Of a stretch of 48,915 bases of DNA, positions 1 through 12,060 are shown in pieces. Below the pieces are notes generated by a model. It saw only the letters and a list, made by a program, of their open reading frames with translations, ran no database searches and was not told the DNA's origin. The stretch is from Octopus bimaculoides. Its lineage: Eukaryota. The stretch spans positions 72,326,374 through 72,375,288 of the forward strand of contig NC_068991.1 in assembly GCF_001194135.2 (NCBI RefSeq), read 5' to 3'. Made by a program: the position numbers and the translations under genes. Numbering within the stretch: position 1 is the stretch's first letter; every line of letters begins with the position of its first letter.

Positions 1-4
1 TATT

Positions 5-196
5 ATTTGTTTCAGTCATTTGACTGTGGCCATGCTGGAGCACCGCCTTTAGTTGAGCAAATCGACCCCAGTACTTATTCTTTGTAAGTCTAGTACTTAT
101 TCTATCGGTCTCTTTTGCCAAACCGCTAAGTTACGAGGACATGAACACACCAGCATCAGTTGTCAAGCGATGGTGGTGGAGACAAACAGAGACACC

Positions 197-239
<43 letters not shown>

Positions 240-384
240 TTCCGTTTACCAAATCCACTCACAAGGCTTTGGTTGACCCAAGGCTATAGTAGAAGACACT
301 TGGTCAAGGTGCCGCGCAGCGGGACTGAACCCGGAACCTTGTGGTTGGGAAGCAATCTACTTACCACACTGCCACTCCCGCACC
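5..384 (-). mobile_element. SINE-A (tRNA-derived, ~400 bp, internal microsatellite)
   Basis: On the - strand: tRNA-like head with B-box-like GGTTCAGTCCC, internal (CA)n and 3' tail ...AATGACTGAAACAAA. Matches the copies at 11091 and 12061. Confidence 0.9.
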
Positions 385-558
385 TATATCCAAATTTCTC
401 TCATAAGGCATTGGTTGACACAAAGAACATCTTAGAAGCACATGGGTGTGAAACAAGTTTCTTAACTTCATCGCCATACCTACACTAATATTAATATGAA
501 TAATTTTATTTATTCCTCATCACCGTTTTTTTATATCCCTGAAGAACTTTCTGCAGAC

Positions 559-827
559 CAGTGGTTTCCATCCAGCCTTAGCTGTTCCATGAACTTTGTC
601 CAAAATTTTAAAAAGTTGAGGTATAGAAACACAAAATTACTCAGTGACTTATAGTAATTATTCACTTTCATATCTTTTTCATTTGGGAGAGAAAACTGGG
701 GAAATGAGTTTGTTGTTCATCATTAAAACTAATTAATGAGCAGACAGCCTTTTAGAAATCTGGGGTCTATGGGAAAATTTGTTTAAATCAAAGGGGTCTT
801 AAGCAGCAAAAAGTTTGGGAACCATTG
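559..827. mobile_element. hAT-like MITE (old)
   Basis: TIRs CAGTGGTTTCCA / TGGGAACCATTG match at 10/12. Flanking 8-mers CTGCAGAC / CTATAGGC are consistent with a decayed 8-bp TSD. Confidence 0.6.
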
Positions 828-1164
828 CTATAGGCTATGAATAATACATGATGAAAAGATAAAAGTTTAGTAAATCTGTTTCCTGCTTGAATTCCTGAGT
901 CTACTGGCTATAAGTTGTTATATCTGAAACCTTTCTCAGTAGATGTGTCTCATTAAAAGGGGCGGGGGGGGGATCTCTAATACTATACTCATGTTATAAA
1001 CTTCATTTGCCTATTTGTATATAAAGTTATGTAATATAAGTGCAGGAAAATTATTATGCTGTATGAGGAAATTAGAAAATTACTTGTTTCATACGTTCTA
1101 TTTGATTGCCAGATGTTGTGAAGCTTGTTACAAGCACCCCAAGCTTGTCTCTTCTGTTAACCTG

Positions 1165-1592
1165 TACAGGTTTTATCTTGGTGTAAAAGACAGGCTACAA
1201 CAAATATTCTGCCCAATACCACAAATTTTCTTGTCAGTTGCTTGACCTTAACCACTTGTGCATGTCCCTTGGTGGCTGATGATATGTGCATCTCTGATCA
1301 TGAGCAGAAGTAGTGGGGGAGCATCATAGCCATGTGTTGAGAGTGATTCTTTGGGGCTTGAATATTTCACCTTTCGAAACATGGGTGTTTTGCTCAACAT
1401 CCTTAAACGACCCTTATTCAGGGACCTTTTGGACAAGAAGGGCTACTCAACCCAAAGAAAATTCTTACTGGGCCCCATCTGCAAGGTCACACACTGTTTA
1501 TCTTGATATGAAATCACCATGTCATGTACATATGGTTGTGATGCACGTGCCTGGTGTACTCTTGTCAATAATCTGCTACTCTCTCACTGGAT
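1165..1592. repeat. unclassified interspersed repeat
   Basis: GC-richer block next to an (AAT)n run. Recognised from memory as an octopus repeat; no second copy in the window. Confidence 0.4.
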
Positions 1593-1601
1593 AATAATAA
1601 T

Positions 1602-1808
1602 AATCCTTTCTACTATAGGCACAAGGCCTGAAAGAAGATTTGTCAATCACATCAACCCCAGCATTTGACTGGTACTTATTTCATCGACCCCAAAGGGATG
1701 ACAGGCAAAGTCACCCTTGGTGGAATTTGAACTCAGAACTTTGCTACAGACAAAATACCACTAAGCATTTCTCCTGGTGTGCTAACGATTCTGCCAGCTC
1801 ACCGCCTT
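1602..1808 (-). mobile_element. SINE-B (~200 bp)
   Basis: Head AGGCGGTGAGCTGGCAGAA, B-box GAGTTCAAATTCC, central TTTGGGGTCGATGAAATAAGTACCAG, tail GGCCTTGTGCCTATAGTAGAAAGG. Confidence 0.85.
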
Positions 1809-1855
1809 AAGAATAATAATAATAATAATATTAATAATAATAATGATGATGATGA

Positions 1856-2057
1856 TTTCAAATTTTGGCAGTTTTGGCGAAGGGGGTAAGTTGATTACAT
1901 TGATCCCCAATACTCAACTGGTATTTATTTAATCGACCCCAAAAGGGTGAAAGGCAAAGCTGACTTCAGCAGAATTTGAACTCAGAATGTGGAGACGAAC
2001 AAAATGCTGCTAAGCATCATGCCTGGCATGCTAACAGTTCTGCCATTTTGCCACCTC
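1856..2057 (-). mobile_element. SINE-B
   Basis: Same modules as the 1602-1808 copy; tandem neighbour. Confidence 0.8.
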
Positions 2058-2058
2058 G

Positions 2059-2325
<267 letters not shown>

Positions 2326-3065
2326 AGAAATGAAGCAATGCTTTGCAATACAATAAAAGATTATTTTCAGTAACTAAAATTAATGTTACTACTAAAATGT
2401 ATTTAGAAATCCATTTTTAGTTATTGATTAATTACATATGTTTTTATCATGTTGAAAAGTAACGGGGGGGNNNNNNNNNNAATTAATCTTACTCTCTACA
2501 AAAGATCCATTTTTATATAATATGTTTTTGAAAAATCAATTGTTAATTCTGCTTCAGTGGTTTTGTCGGCAATCGGTCACACATAGTTGGACTCCTCAGT
2601 TTCTTCTTCATGAATATTTATAAATTTATAAACCATCTTTGACTCCCAAGTTTACAGGAAATTTCGAAAATTCATGCCTGCTTTAGATTGATATCCTTAT
2701 CAAATTGATATCGGAGCCATTTTTTTTTTTTCCTTTCTTGTTCTTTATATTTTTCTTTTCTTTTACTTGTTTACTCATATCGTTCTCAGTAGTTATTTTA
2801 AAGTTTGCTACTTATTTTATTGACTGCTGTTTGTTGAATTGCTGAGTGAAAGGACACAGGCGTGAATGTGGACATGGATGCGCACATGCACACACACACA
2901 CACACACACACGTAACATAGATAAACATGCATTTGCAAATGTATGCACATGACAGCTGTTTCTAAACAAGGTAATATTTTCTTCACTCTCTTGAACAGAA
3001 GCACAAACAACACTATGGCCAGACATGCTTTCATGGAAGATTGCAAACAACATATATATATATAT

Positions 3066-3239
3066 ATATATATATTTCTTTATTGCCCACAGGGGGCTAA
3101 ACATAGAGGGGACAAACAAGGACAGACAAAGGAATTAAGTTGATTACATCGACCCCAGTGATTAACTGGTACTTATTTAATCGACCCTGAAAGAATGAAA
3201 GGCAAAGTTGACCTCGGCGGAATTTGAACTCAGAACGTA
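3066..3239 (-). mobile_element. SINE-B, 5'-truncated
   Basis: B-box, central domain and tail present; head missing. Confidence 0.75.
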
Positions 3240-3285
3240 ATTTTGACTCAACAGAGACTACATAAAGGCAAGACTGTTATGCATC

Positions 3286-3330
3286 TCAGTCCGACAATGA
3301 CTTAGCCGGCCGAAATTTCGAAGTCACTGA
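3286..3330 (+). ncRNA. decayed type I hammerhead ribozyme-like motif
   Basis: UCAGU/ACUGA helix I; core CCGACAA (2 mismatches to CUGANGA); imperfect helix II; GAA; palindromic helix III AUUUCGAAGU; GUC site. Confidence 0.4.
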
Positions 3331-3373
3331 CAACATTCTTGTTTAAGAATAATAAATGTTTGTATATGTATGT

Positions 3374-3808
3374 ATCATCATCATCATCGTTTAACGTCTG
3401 CTTTCCAGGCTAGCATGGGTTGGATGGTTTGATTGAGGACTGGCGAGCCAGAAGGCTGCACCAGGCTCCAATCTGATCTGGCAAAGTTTCTACAGCTGGA
3501 TGCCCTTCCTAACGCCTAACGCCAACCACTCCGAGAGTGTAGTGGGTGCTTTTTACATGCTACCGGCATGAGGGCCAGTCAGGTGGCACTGGTAACAACT
3601 ACACTCGAATGTTGTTTTTCACATGCCACCGGCACATGTGCCAGTAAGGTGACACTGGCAACGATCACACTCGAATGGTGCTTTTTACATGCCACCAGCA
3701 CGGGAGCTAGTCAGCGGCCCTGGCAACGATCACGCTCGGATGGTGCTTTTAACGTTCCACCGGCATGAGTGCCAATCAGGTGGTACTGTCATCAACCATA
3801 TCAGCGAT
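3374..3808 (-). mobile_element. family C element ((GAT)n tail, internal ~55-bp subrepeats)
   Basis: (CAT)n CGTTTAACGTC...CTACAGCTGGATGCCCTTCCTAACGCC, then TTTTACATGCCACCGGCAC subrepeats. Confidence 0.85.
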
Positions 3809-3894
3809 ATATATATGTGTATGTATGTATGTAGGCATGCATACATATCTATATACACATACACACAAACATACACTCATACAGACATGTAACT

Positions 3895-4034
3895 CTGGCT
3901 TTTCTCAGCTTCCTTGAATTAACTCCTCTCACAAAGTTTTGCTGAGCTTGGGCTTATAGTGCAAGATACTTGCCCAAAATGCCATAAAGTGGGATTGAAC
4001 CTGGAACCACATGGTTGCGAAATAAACCTCTTAA

Positions 4035-4039
<5 letters not shown>
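3895..4039 (-). mobile_element. SINE-A head half (diverged)
   Basis: ACTTGCCCAA...GATTGAACCTGGAACCACATGGTTG matches the SINE-A head. Confidence 0.7.
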
Positions 4040-4072
<33 letters not shown>

Positions 4073-4577
4073 CCATTGCTGTGGCCCATTCTGAATGAAA
4101 TTTAGTTTAGATGAAAATAGTGCAGAATCCCTCCTGCTGTATGCATCTTAAATCAACTTGTACACATGTTAAAATGACAATATATACTAAAACAACATTT
4201 CCAGTGCAACTATATATATTTTTGTAGCTAGCGAAAATTACTCAGCATTCAAACCTCCATGTCAATATTTGGTTATGTATTATTGTGGAACCCTTTGTCT
4301 TGTAATTAGAAGATTCTTTTGCTTGCTTTCTTTTATTGATTTCCGTTATTCGACTGCAGATATGCTTGGTGACCACATACAAGGGTTGATATAATCAACT
4401 CAGGCCACCATCTTTTGTTAATTTGAAGTACATAGTCTTTGACCCATTTTACTAATTGAATGGATGAGTCCATCAGAGTTATATCCCTTTAGAGAGTCAC
4501 TTTCCTCTTATGGATTTATATGTTACAAGGCGTTGGCACCAATTTACACAAACAATATATGCACACACACACACACA

Positions 4578-4626
<49 letters not shown>

Positions 4627-4627
<1 letters not shown>

Positions 4628-4817
4628 CCAGGCGAAATGCTTAGCGGTATTTTGTCTGCCTTTACGTTCTGAGTTCAAATTCCACCAAGGTCGACTATGC
4701 CTTTCGTCCTTTCGGGGTCGATAAAATTAAGTACCAGTTGCGTACTGGGGTTGATCTAATTGACTGCCCCCCCCCTCCCCCAAAATTTTGAGCTTTGTGC
4801 CTAGAGTAGAAAAGAAT
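4627..4817 (+). mobile_element. SINE-B
   Basis: GAAATGCTTAGCGGTATT...GAGTTCAAATTCC...GGGGTCGATAAAATTAAGTACCAG...TAGAGTAGAAAAGAAT. Confidence 0.88.
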
Positions 4818-4821
4818 ATAT

Positions 4822-4862
<41 letters not shown>

Positions 4863-6167
4863 ATGTGTGTGTGTGTGTGTGTGTGTGTGAGTTTATGTAT
4901 GTATATTAGTGTTTGTGCCTCTGAGCTTGTGTATAGTGGTGTAAATTCTTTATCACATTAAAGTCCATAAAAGGAAGGTGACTTTCTGATGGAATATAAC
5001 TCTGGTGACCACAGCCATTTGATTGATAAATATCAGCATAGATTGACAGAAACTGATAGAGATTGATTAACTAAGTACAAGACTTAAGCACTGGGAGTTG
5101 ACCAAGGTGGGATGGCCATGGTTAGAATCACCTTGATTATTAGTCTGCTCAGCCAGGGTTGACCTGGTGCTAAAGCAATGGAGGACAGACATCAGAATGT
5201 GTAAACACCTTAACTGGAAATACCGACAACAGCTTCTATCACAATGCAAGCAATGTACCGTGTTTTACATAGCATTTAACGTAGACAGTATCGGCTGTCT
5301 GCTACATATATTATATAGCAACATGAACACGAGCATCATCTGTAAAAGACATTTTCGACAGCTGTCAGAATAAGGAAGTTGCTGTTTCTATCACAGCGTT
5401 TGATACATGTGTTGGTAGCATATTAAAGAAGCTGTACTCATTAAATATACCAACGTCAACAACAACAAGAAATAAATAAAGAGAAAAACAACCCTACAGA
5501 TCTCCACAAGACTTGCCTATCAGAAATTTATTGTATGAGGAAATTTGTTGGATGTTGCTGCATTCTGTGTATGTGTTGTAAGATTTTTGTTTTTGTGTGG
5601 TTTATTGTTTATAAGCGTAGGAATGGCTGTGTGAGTGAGAAGCTCACTTTGCAACCATGTAGGTTTGAGTTCAGTCCCATTGCACAGCATCCTAGGGTCC
5701 ATGACAAAAGAATGGTAGTACCCATGACAGAAAAAANNNNNNNNNNGGGAGGGAGGGGAGGAGGGATCCTCAAACTGGAAACCTAGCGTAAATACTACCA
5801 ACAAAATGGATTCAGCTGAAGATACTCAAGGTCCCAGGAAGTGACGGATTAAGTCTACCACCCAAGCAGTCCACGGGGAGATTTGAACTCCGGATGCAAG
5901 GCATCCATTCTTACAGTTCTGCAAATACATCAGGCAAGACTGGGAATTTTTTTTATTCACCTCAAAGAATGAAATGCAAAGTAGTCCACAACGGGATTTG
6001 AATTCAGCGTGCAGTGTGTCGGAACAAATATTGTGTGGCATTCTGTCTGATGCTTTAATGAGTCTGCTAATTTGCCAGTTAAATTAATGAAGTTGCTGCG
6101 ATGGTTTTTGGTAAGCAGTGTCGATTTTTACAATTCTATAAATGATAATAATAATATTTTTATAAGC

Positions 6168-6293
6168 TTGAGGTCGACTTTGCCTTTCAATCTTTCAGGG
6201 TTTACAAATTAAATACCAGTTGCGTACTGGATCGATCTAATCAACTGACCCCTCCCCAAAACATTCGGGCCTTGTACCTAGAGTAGAAATGAG
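6168..6293 (+). mobile_element. SINE-B 3' half
   Basis: Central domain and tail present. Confidence 0.75.
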
Positions 6294-6305
6294 TATTTTA
6301 TAAAC

Positions 6306-6469
6306 TTAAAGCTTGTAAGTGATCACTGTGCAATGACTAAAGAAAATGGTCAAATACGGAGGCATATAGGACTTCATGGAAGCCCTACTTCTCTCCGTTG
6401 AGGGCTTATGTGCCCCAAAATTAGACTACTTTCTTTAGTCATTGCATAGTGATTGCTTATAAGCTTTAA
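6306..6469. mobile_element. foldback MITE with TTAA ends (Kolobok-like)
   Basis: 46-bp inverted arms 6306-6351 and 6424-6469 (40/46 identical). TTAA at both ends; inner termini AG...CT. Confidence 0.6.
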
Positions 6470-6557
6470 ATTAAATCAGCAATTAAATCAACTTTCACAG
6501 AAATATCTATTTATTTAAACTTTAAACTTTTATTTAAATTATATATTTTCTACCTTC

Positions 6558-7036
6558 AAGTGCTGCCTGACTGGCTCCTGTACTGGTGGCACGTAAAAAG
6601 CACCATTCGAGTGTGGTCGATGTCAATGCTGGCTGACTGGTCCTGTGCCAGCAGCATGTAAGCAGCACCATTCAAGTGTAGTTGTTGCCAGTGCCGCCTG
6701 ATTGGTTCCCGTGCCAGTGGCACGTAAAAAGAACCATTTAAGCAAGGTTGTTGCCAGTGCCACCTGACCAGCTCCCATGCCGGTGGCACATAAAAAGCAC
6801 AGTTTAAGTGTGGTTGATGCCAGTGCCACCTGACTGGCCCTTGTGCCAGTGACACATAAAAAGCACCCACTACACTCTCGGAGTGGTTGGCATTAGGAAG
6901 GGCATCCAGCTGTAGAACCTCTGCCAGATCAGATTGGAGCCTGGTGCAGCCTTCTGGCTTGCCAGCCCTCAGCCAAACCATCCAACCCATGCCAGCATGG
7001 AAAGCAGACGTTAAACGACGACGATGATGATGATGA
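6558..7036 (+). mobile_element. family C element
   Basis: About 6 GGCACGTAAAAAGCACC subrepeats, conserved 3' domain, ends GTTAAACGACGACGATGATG. Confidence 0.88.
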
Positions 7037-7121
7037 TCCCCTGTCTGTTGATCATTTACTATGTAAATAGTTTTCACATTTTCACACAGCACTTAACTCT
7101 ATTTTTCTCATGGAATAATTC

Positions 7122-7355
7122 TTTCTACTATTGGCAGAAGGCCTGAACTTTCAGGGAAAAGCCAATTACATTTACCCCAGTGCTCAAGTGTTGCTTATTT
7201 TATCAACCCCGAAAGGATGGAAGACAGTTGACCTTGATGTACAGTTGACCTTGGTGTACAGTTGACCTTGGTGGCATTTGAACTCTGAAAATAAGGCTGG
7301 AAGAAATGTCACTATGCATTTTGTCCAGCATGCTAATGATTCTGCCAGCTTCCTA
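7122..7355 (-). mobile_element. SINE-B (diverged) with internal 17-bp triplication
   Basis: SINE-B modules plus ACAGTTGACCTTGRTGT x3 at 7224-7274. Confidence 0.7.
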
Positions 7356-7450
7356 CCTTTTTCTTATGGAATAAAATTTATAATTTATACTGAAAAATCG
7401 TTTAATATTTTAGAAAATAGCTTAATTAAATCAACATTCACAGGCATATA

Positions 7451-7670
7451 TGAGGGGGTGCTTAAAAGTTCCTGGCTTTGGGTAAAAAAATAAAATAGAC
7501 GAGGATCAGTTAATTATGATTTTATTCAATATATTCCCTTCTCATATTTACACACTTATTGCAAAGGTATTTCAGTTTTTCTAAGCCCTGTAAAAGAACT
7601 CAGAAAGTTGGGCCTCCAACCAGGCCTTTCGCAAGACTCTAAGAGCCAGGAACTTTTCAGCACCCCCTTT
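7451..7670 (-). mobile_element. mariner-derived MITE
   Basis: TIR GAGGGGGTGCTTAAAAGTTCCTGGCT / AGCCAGGAACTTTTCAGCACCCCC with TA at both flanks. Confidence 0.85.
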
Positions 7671-7725
7671 TATATATTATGACACATAAGCCTGAATTAC
7701 ACACACACACACACGCATACACATA

Positions 7726-7939
7726 CGTGGGGTGCTGAAAAGTTCCTGGCTTTGGTTTAAAAAAATACAAGAGTGTCGGTGAATTATGATTTTATTCCAC
7801 GTATTCTCCTCTTGGATTCACACACTTATTGCAGTGGTCCTTCAGTTTTCTAAGCCCTATAAAAGAACTCTGAAGATTGAGCCTCCAACCAGGCCTTTCA
7901 CAACACCCTTAAAGTCAGGAACTTTCCAGCACCCCTTTG
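7726..7939 (-). mobile_element. mariner-derived MITE
   Basis: Same TIRs and TA flanks. The - strand keeps transposase C-terminal-like codons LKDHCNKCVNPRGEYVE*. Confidence 0.85.
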
Positions 7940-8018
7940 TATCTGTCCGTCTGTCCATCTATCTGTCTGTCTGTCTGTGTATATATATATATATATTTAA
8001 ACCTTCATTTAAATCATA

Positions 8019-8257
8019 CCATTTTGAGCGTGGCCGTTGCCAGTACTACCTGACTGGCCTTCGTGCCGGTGGCACGTAAAAGCACCCACTACACTCTTGG
8101 AGTGGTTGGCATTAGGAAGGGCATCCAGCTGTAGAAACTCTGCCAAATCAGATTGGAGTCTGGTGTAGCCATCTGGTTTTCACCAGTCCTCAGTCAAATC
8201 GTCCAACTCATGCTAGCATGGAAAGCGGACGTTAAACGATGATGACGACGATGATGA
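8019..8257 (+). mobile_element. family C element, 5'-truncated
   Basis: Conserved 3' domain and (GAT)n tail. Confidence 0.85.
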
Positions 8258-8824
8258 TTTCCTACCTTCTCACGCAGTATGCAGATAATTTGCTACGTCA
8301 ATAATGTTCACATTTTCATAAAGTACTTCATTTCCATTTTTTTTTTACAGAAGGATAATTTATTTTAGAAAATAGTTTGTGTCTAAGAATGACATTAGCA
8401 AACTTAAATTAGTTTAAACAGTCATACAACATGAGCAGTACCATCAACTAGACAGAGACTAAAATAAAATGGATGTATATTTTGAAATGAAAATATACAT
8501 GTAAGTAAATAACTTATTAATAAATTAATCGACAATATTTATTTCTAGGTTCTGTTTAGATTCTCACAGCTGACTTGTTCTCATATTACAAAATGTAGTT
8601 TTCCTACTGTAAAACCATCACACCTATATTTGTAACTTCAGTCTGTATTTTCAAAGAAATATTCTTCTACCTGTATCAGAGAGAGAGAGAGATAGAGAGG
8701 GGTGGTGGGGATAGTCCAAAAGAAATTTTCTCTTACAAGTAATTCTGTTTTAATGGACGATCAAGACTGATCTGGGGCTACATGACATGAGCAATTACGC
8801 ATGTGTGTGCATGTGCATGTGTGT

Positions 8825-9075
8825 GTGTATCTATCTATCTGTCTGTCTGTCTGTCTACCTGTCTGTCTGTCTACCTGTCTGTCTGTCTACCTGTCTGTCT
8901 GTCTACCTGTCTGTCTGTCTACNNNNNNNNNNGTCTGTCTGTCTACCTGTCTGTCTGTCTACCTGTCTGTCTGTCTACCTGTCTGTCTGTCTACCTGTCT
9001 GTCTGTCTACCTGTCTATCTGTCTACCTGTCTATCTGTCTGTCTGTCTGTCTGTCTCTGTCTATCTATCTATCTA

Positions 9076-9126
<51 letters not shown>

Positions 9127-9302
9127 TTCTATCTATCCATCCATCTATCTATCTATCTACCTATCTATCTATCTAGCTATCTATCTATCTACCTGTCTGT
9201 CTGTCTGTCTATCTATCTATCTGTCTGTCTGTCTGTCTATCTTTCTATCTATCCATCTATCTAGCTATCTATCTATCTACCTGTCTGTCTGTCTGTCTAT
9301 CT
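8825..9302. repeat. (TCTG)n/(TCTA)n (GACA/GATA) satellite with 12-bp higher-order unit CTGTCTGTCTAC
   Basis: Directly visible; contains a 10-N gap. Confidence 0.97.
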
Positions 9303-9779
9303 GTATATATATATTTATATACACATACATATGTGCACACACACACACACGCACACTTCAAAGCTTTTGCCCTGAACTTACAAACATAATCTCTCCTTTG
9401 CTCTCTCTTTTTCTACTTTAGTGATCTCTTCCACGCTGCTACCAGAAAGTATTTCAAGCATTACCTGTACCAGTTAGTAATAGTCATGGGAAAAGATGTA
9501 TACACCCCCACCCCCAACCCCACCCCACCACCATCCCTGAATATAAGAATACGGAGGGGAAAACACTATTACCAGCATTCAAGGAAATATCTATCTTAGA
9601 CTTCAAAACAACTTCCTTTTTGTGACCTCTGAAGTTCAGAGTTAATATTTATAAAGAGCTTGTAAGTTTACTTGAAGCATGATTGTATAAGAATTGGTAA
9701 TGGAAGGTAATGGAAGCCACTCATGACCTGGACTAATATGCTCTCAAGATCTCTCTCTTCATGTGGCATGCCTTTTGGT

Positions 9780-10205
9780 CATAGACTTCCAATCTATAGT
9801 CTGAAGATTAGTGATTTTTGGGGGGGAAAGATAACCTTCTGCTGGTTGATGTACAGTTTATTCAGTTAGTCTCCTGTTCTCTTGAACTTAACCTTTAGAC
9901 ACAGGAGCATATTTCTTGCCAAAAGCAAGAGGTACGGGTTCATATAACATCAGTCCATATACTGATAGGCCGGTGAGACACATATCCAGGAGTAAGCCCT
10001 CTTCTTAGTCCTGTATATCTCAGGTACAAGACACTCTTCTTCTATTTGATCCATAACTGAGGTCTACCGTTCTGGGAGAGAACAGACCTGAGACTGGAGG
10101 TGACTAAGAGCTAATACCATCTTTGCCAAATCTTTTGAACCCCCAAACTGGAATCTCATTATCTGGTGCAGGAGAAATACTTTTAGCATCTTGAATAATT
10201 GTGCA
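9780..10205 (-). pseudogene. possible decayed non-LTR reverse transcriptase remnant
   Basis: Ordered but frameshifted motifs SPAPDNEIPVWGFKRFG (PGPDG-like), SLPER*TSV (LPxxW-like) and SHRPIS (YRPIS-like). Spacing is only approximate. Confidence 0.35.
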
Positions 10206-11090
10206 AATACATGGAACCATTCTTATAATGATAAACCAATAACTGCGCAATATACATGTTTCATTACCAAATTTTGTAAATTCTGAGCATTATTATCACT
10301 TTCTCTAAAGTATTTTCACATCCAGGCCCCATTGCTGATATATACACATAAATTCTTGAAGGCAACTTTTTCAAATTTAGCATCTTAATTTGAGATTTGG
10401 TTTCACCAACATTTCTTGATTTTTCTGATTTTTTTCTTGTGTACTTGTGTGACTAAAGAGTGATGTGGTTGAGCAAAATACATAGTGATTAATGACTTAT
10501 TAAGAAAAGAAGTATCCTGATGAATTCTGCTTTTCTATCATAACAAACATATACCTTGTAGGTGGGGCATCATCACATATTACAGTCATTGTCCCCCAGG
10601 TGAATAAAACTGTATGCTGCAATAAGAGGTTATTTTCAATAGAAAGGGGTAACAAATAAAGGTTCAACTTTTGTAAAAACTTGAAATCTAATAAATTTGT
10701 AGAGATTGTATTTTTTCTCTCCACAATAAATACAGATTCATCAATTAGAAATTTACTAAATTTGTGGATGTGCATACCACGAATATTCAACTGTTTTGAG
10801 AAGAGATTTATCACAAAGGTTTACATTATTGACATATAATGGATCTGAATTTAACACACTTTTGGCTTTTACAGTTTGTTTTTGCAAAAAGAAATAAGAG
10901 CAGATGACTATTTATCTTTGGTGAGATGGATGGAAAATATCTTAATTGATATTTTCTAATTATCAGTAGTTTATGATTCAAAGGCATGTTATCTTCTATT
11001 TACTGTATAATATAAACAAATTTAAACTTTATTTAAAAAAAAGAAAAATTCTAACTGCCCTATCTCAGAACACCAATATTGTTTTAAAGT

Positions 11091-11480
11091 ATGGCTGTGT
11101 GGTAAGTAGCTTGCTTACCAACCACATGGTTCTGGGTTCAGTCCCACTGCGCGGCACCTTGGGCAAGTGTCTTCTACTATAGCCTCGGGCCGACCAAAGC
11201 CTTGTGAGTGGATTTGGTAAACGGAAACTGAAAGAAGCCTGTCGTATATATGTATATATATATGTATGTGTGTGTGTTTGTGTGTCTGTGTTTGTCCCCC
11301 CAACATCACTTGACAACCGATGCTGATGTGTTTACGTCCCCGTAACTTAGCGGTTTGGCAAAAGAGACTGATAGAATAAGTACTAGGCTTACAAAGAATA
11401 AGTCCTGGGGTTGATTTGCTCAAGTAAAGGCAGTGCTCCAGCATGGCTGCAGTCAATTGACTGAAACAAGTAAAAGAGTA
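11091..11480 (+). mobile_element. SINE-A, near full length
   Basis: TGGCTGTGTGGT A-box-like, GGGTTCAGTCCC B-box-like, CCTTGGGCAAGTGTC, internal TA/TG repeat, tail GAAACAAGTAAAAGAG. Confidence 0.93.
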
Positions 11481-12060
11481 TCTGTTTACCAAAGTTTTGT
11501 CCAATATGACCATTATACTATTACCATAATGATCAATGATTTTCAATCTATTTTTTCAAGTTTGAATGAATTACCTGTACATCTGTCTTACTAACTCTCT
11601 TTTTTTCTCCCTTCCTTCTCAATCACTTCTGTTTCTTACTCTTTCTAGCTAAACTTACATCTGTTTTCCCCATGTCTGTTGCTGCTTATCAGTAAATTAG
11701 CAAGATATTGTTTACTTAGTTTTTCAACCTTATCCTTTGTTTATACTTCGCATATCTGTTCTTTTTCCACAGAACTTTCATGTTCTTACTTGTCAGTTCA
11801 GTTCTTTATCATTCTTAATCTATCTCTTTTGATCCGTGCTGCAGTTCTGGCAAGCCAGAAACCTCAGTTGGATTATGAAAGGCATCAGTACATTACTGAA
11901 ATTAGACTGAATTATTTCCATCGTCTCTTCGTATTTAATATATCTAATTTCCAAACGAACTGAAAAGTTCTCTGTTGTTAGCTAACATTCTTACCCCAGA
12001 TATTCTTTGTTATTAATACGAAAGAAGAATTTAAGGGGATGAACTGGCAGAATTGTTAGC

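Noticed and set aside
6556-7092. 178-aa ORF with repeated HLNCAFYVP motifs
   Set aside because: It is a translation of family C subrepeats; other copies are frameshifted.
9505-9540. C-run cluster giving a potential - strand G-quadruplex
   Set aside because: Isolated low-complexity tract with no functional context.
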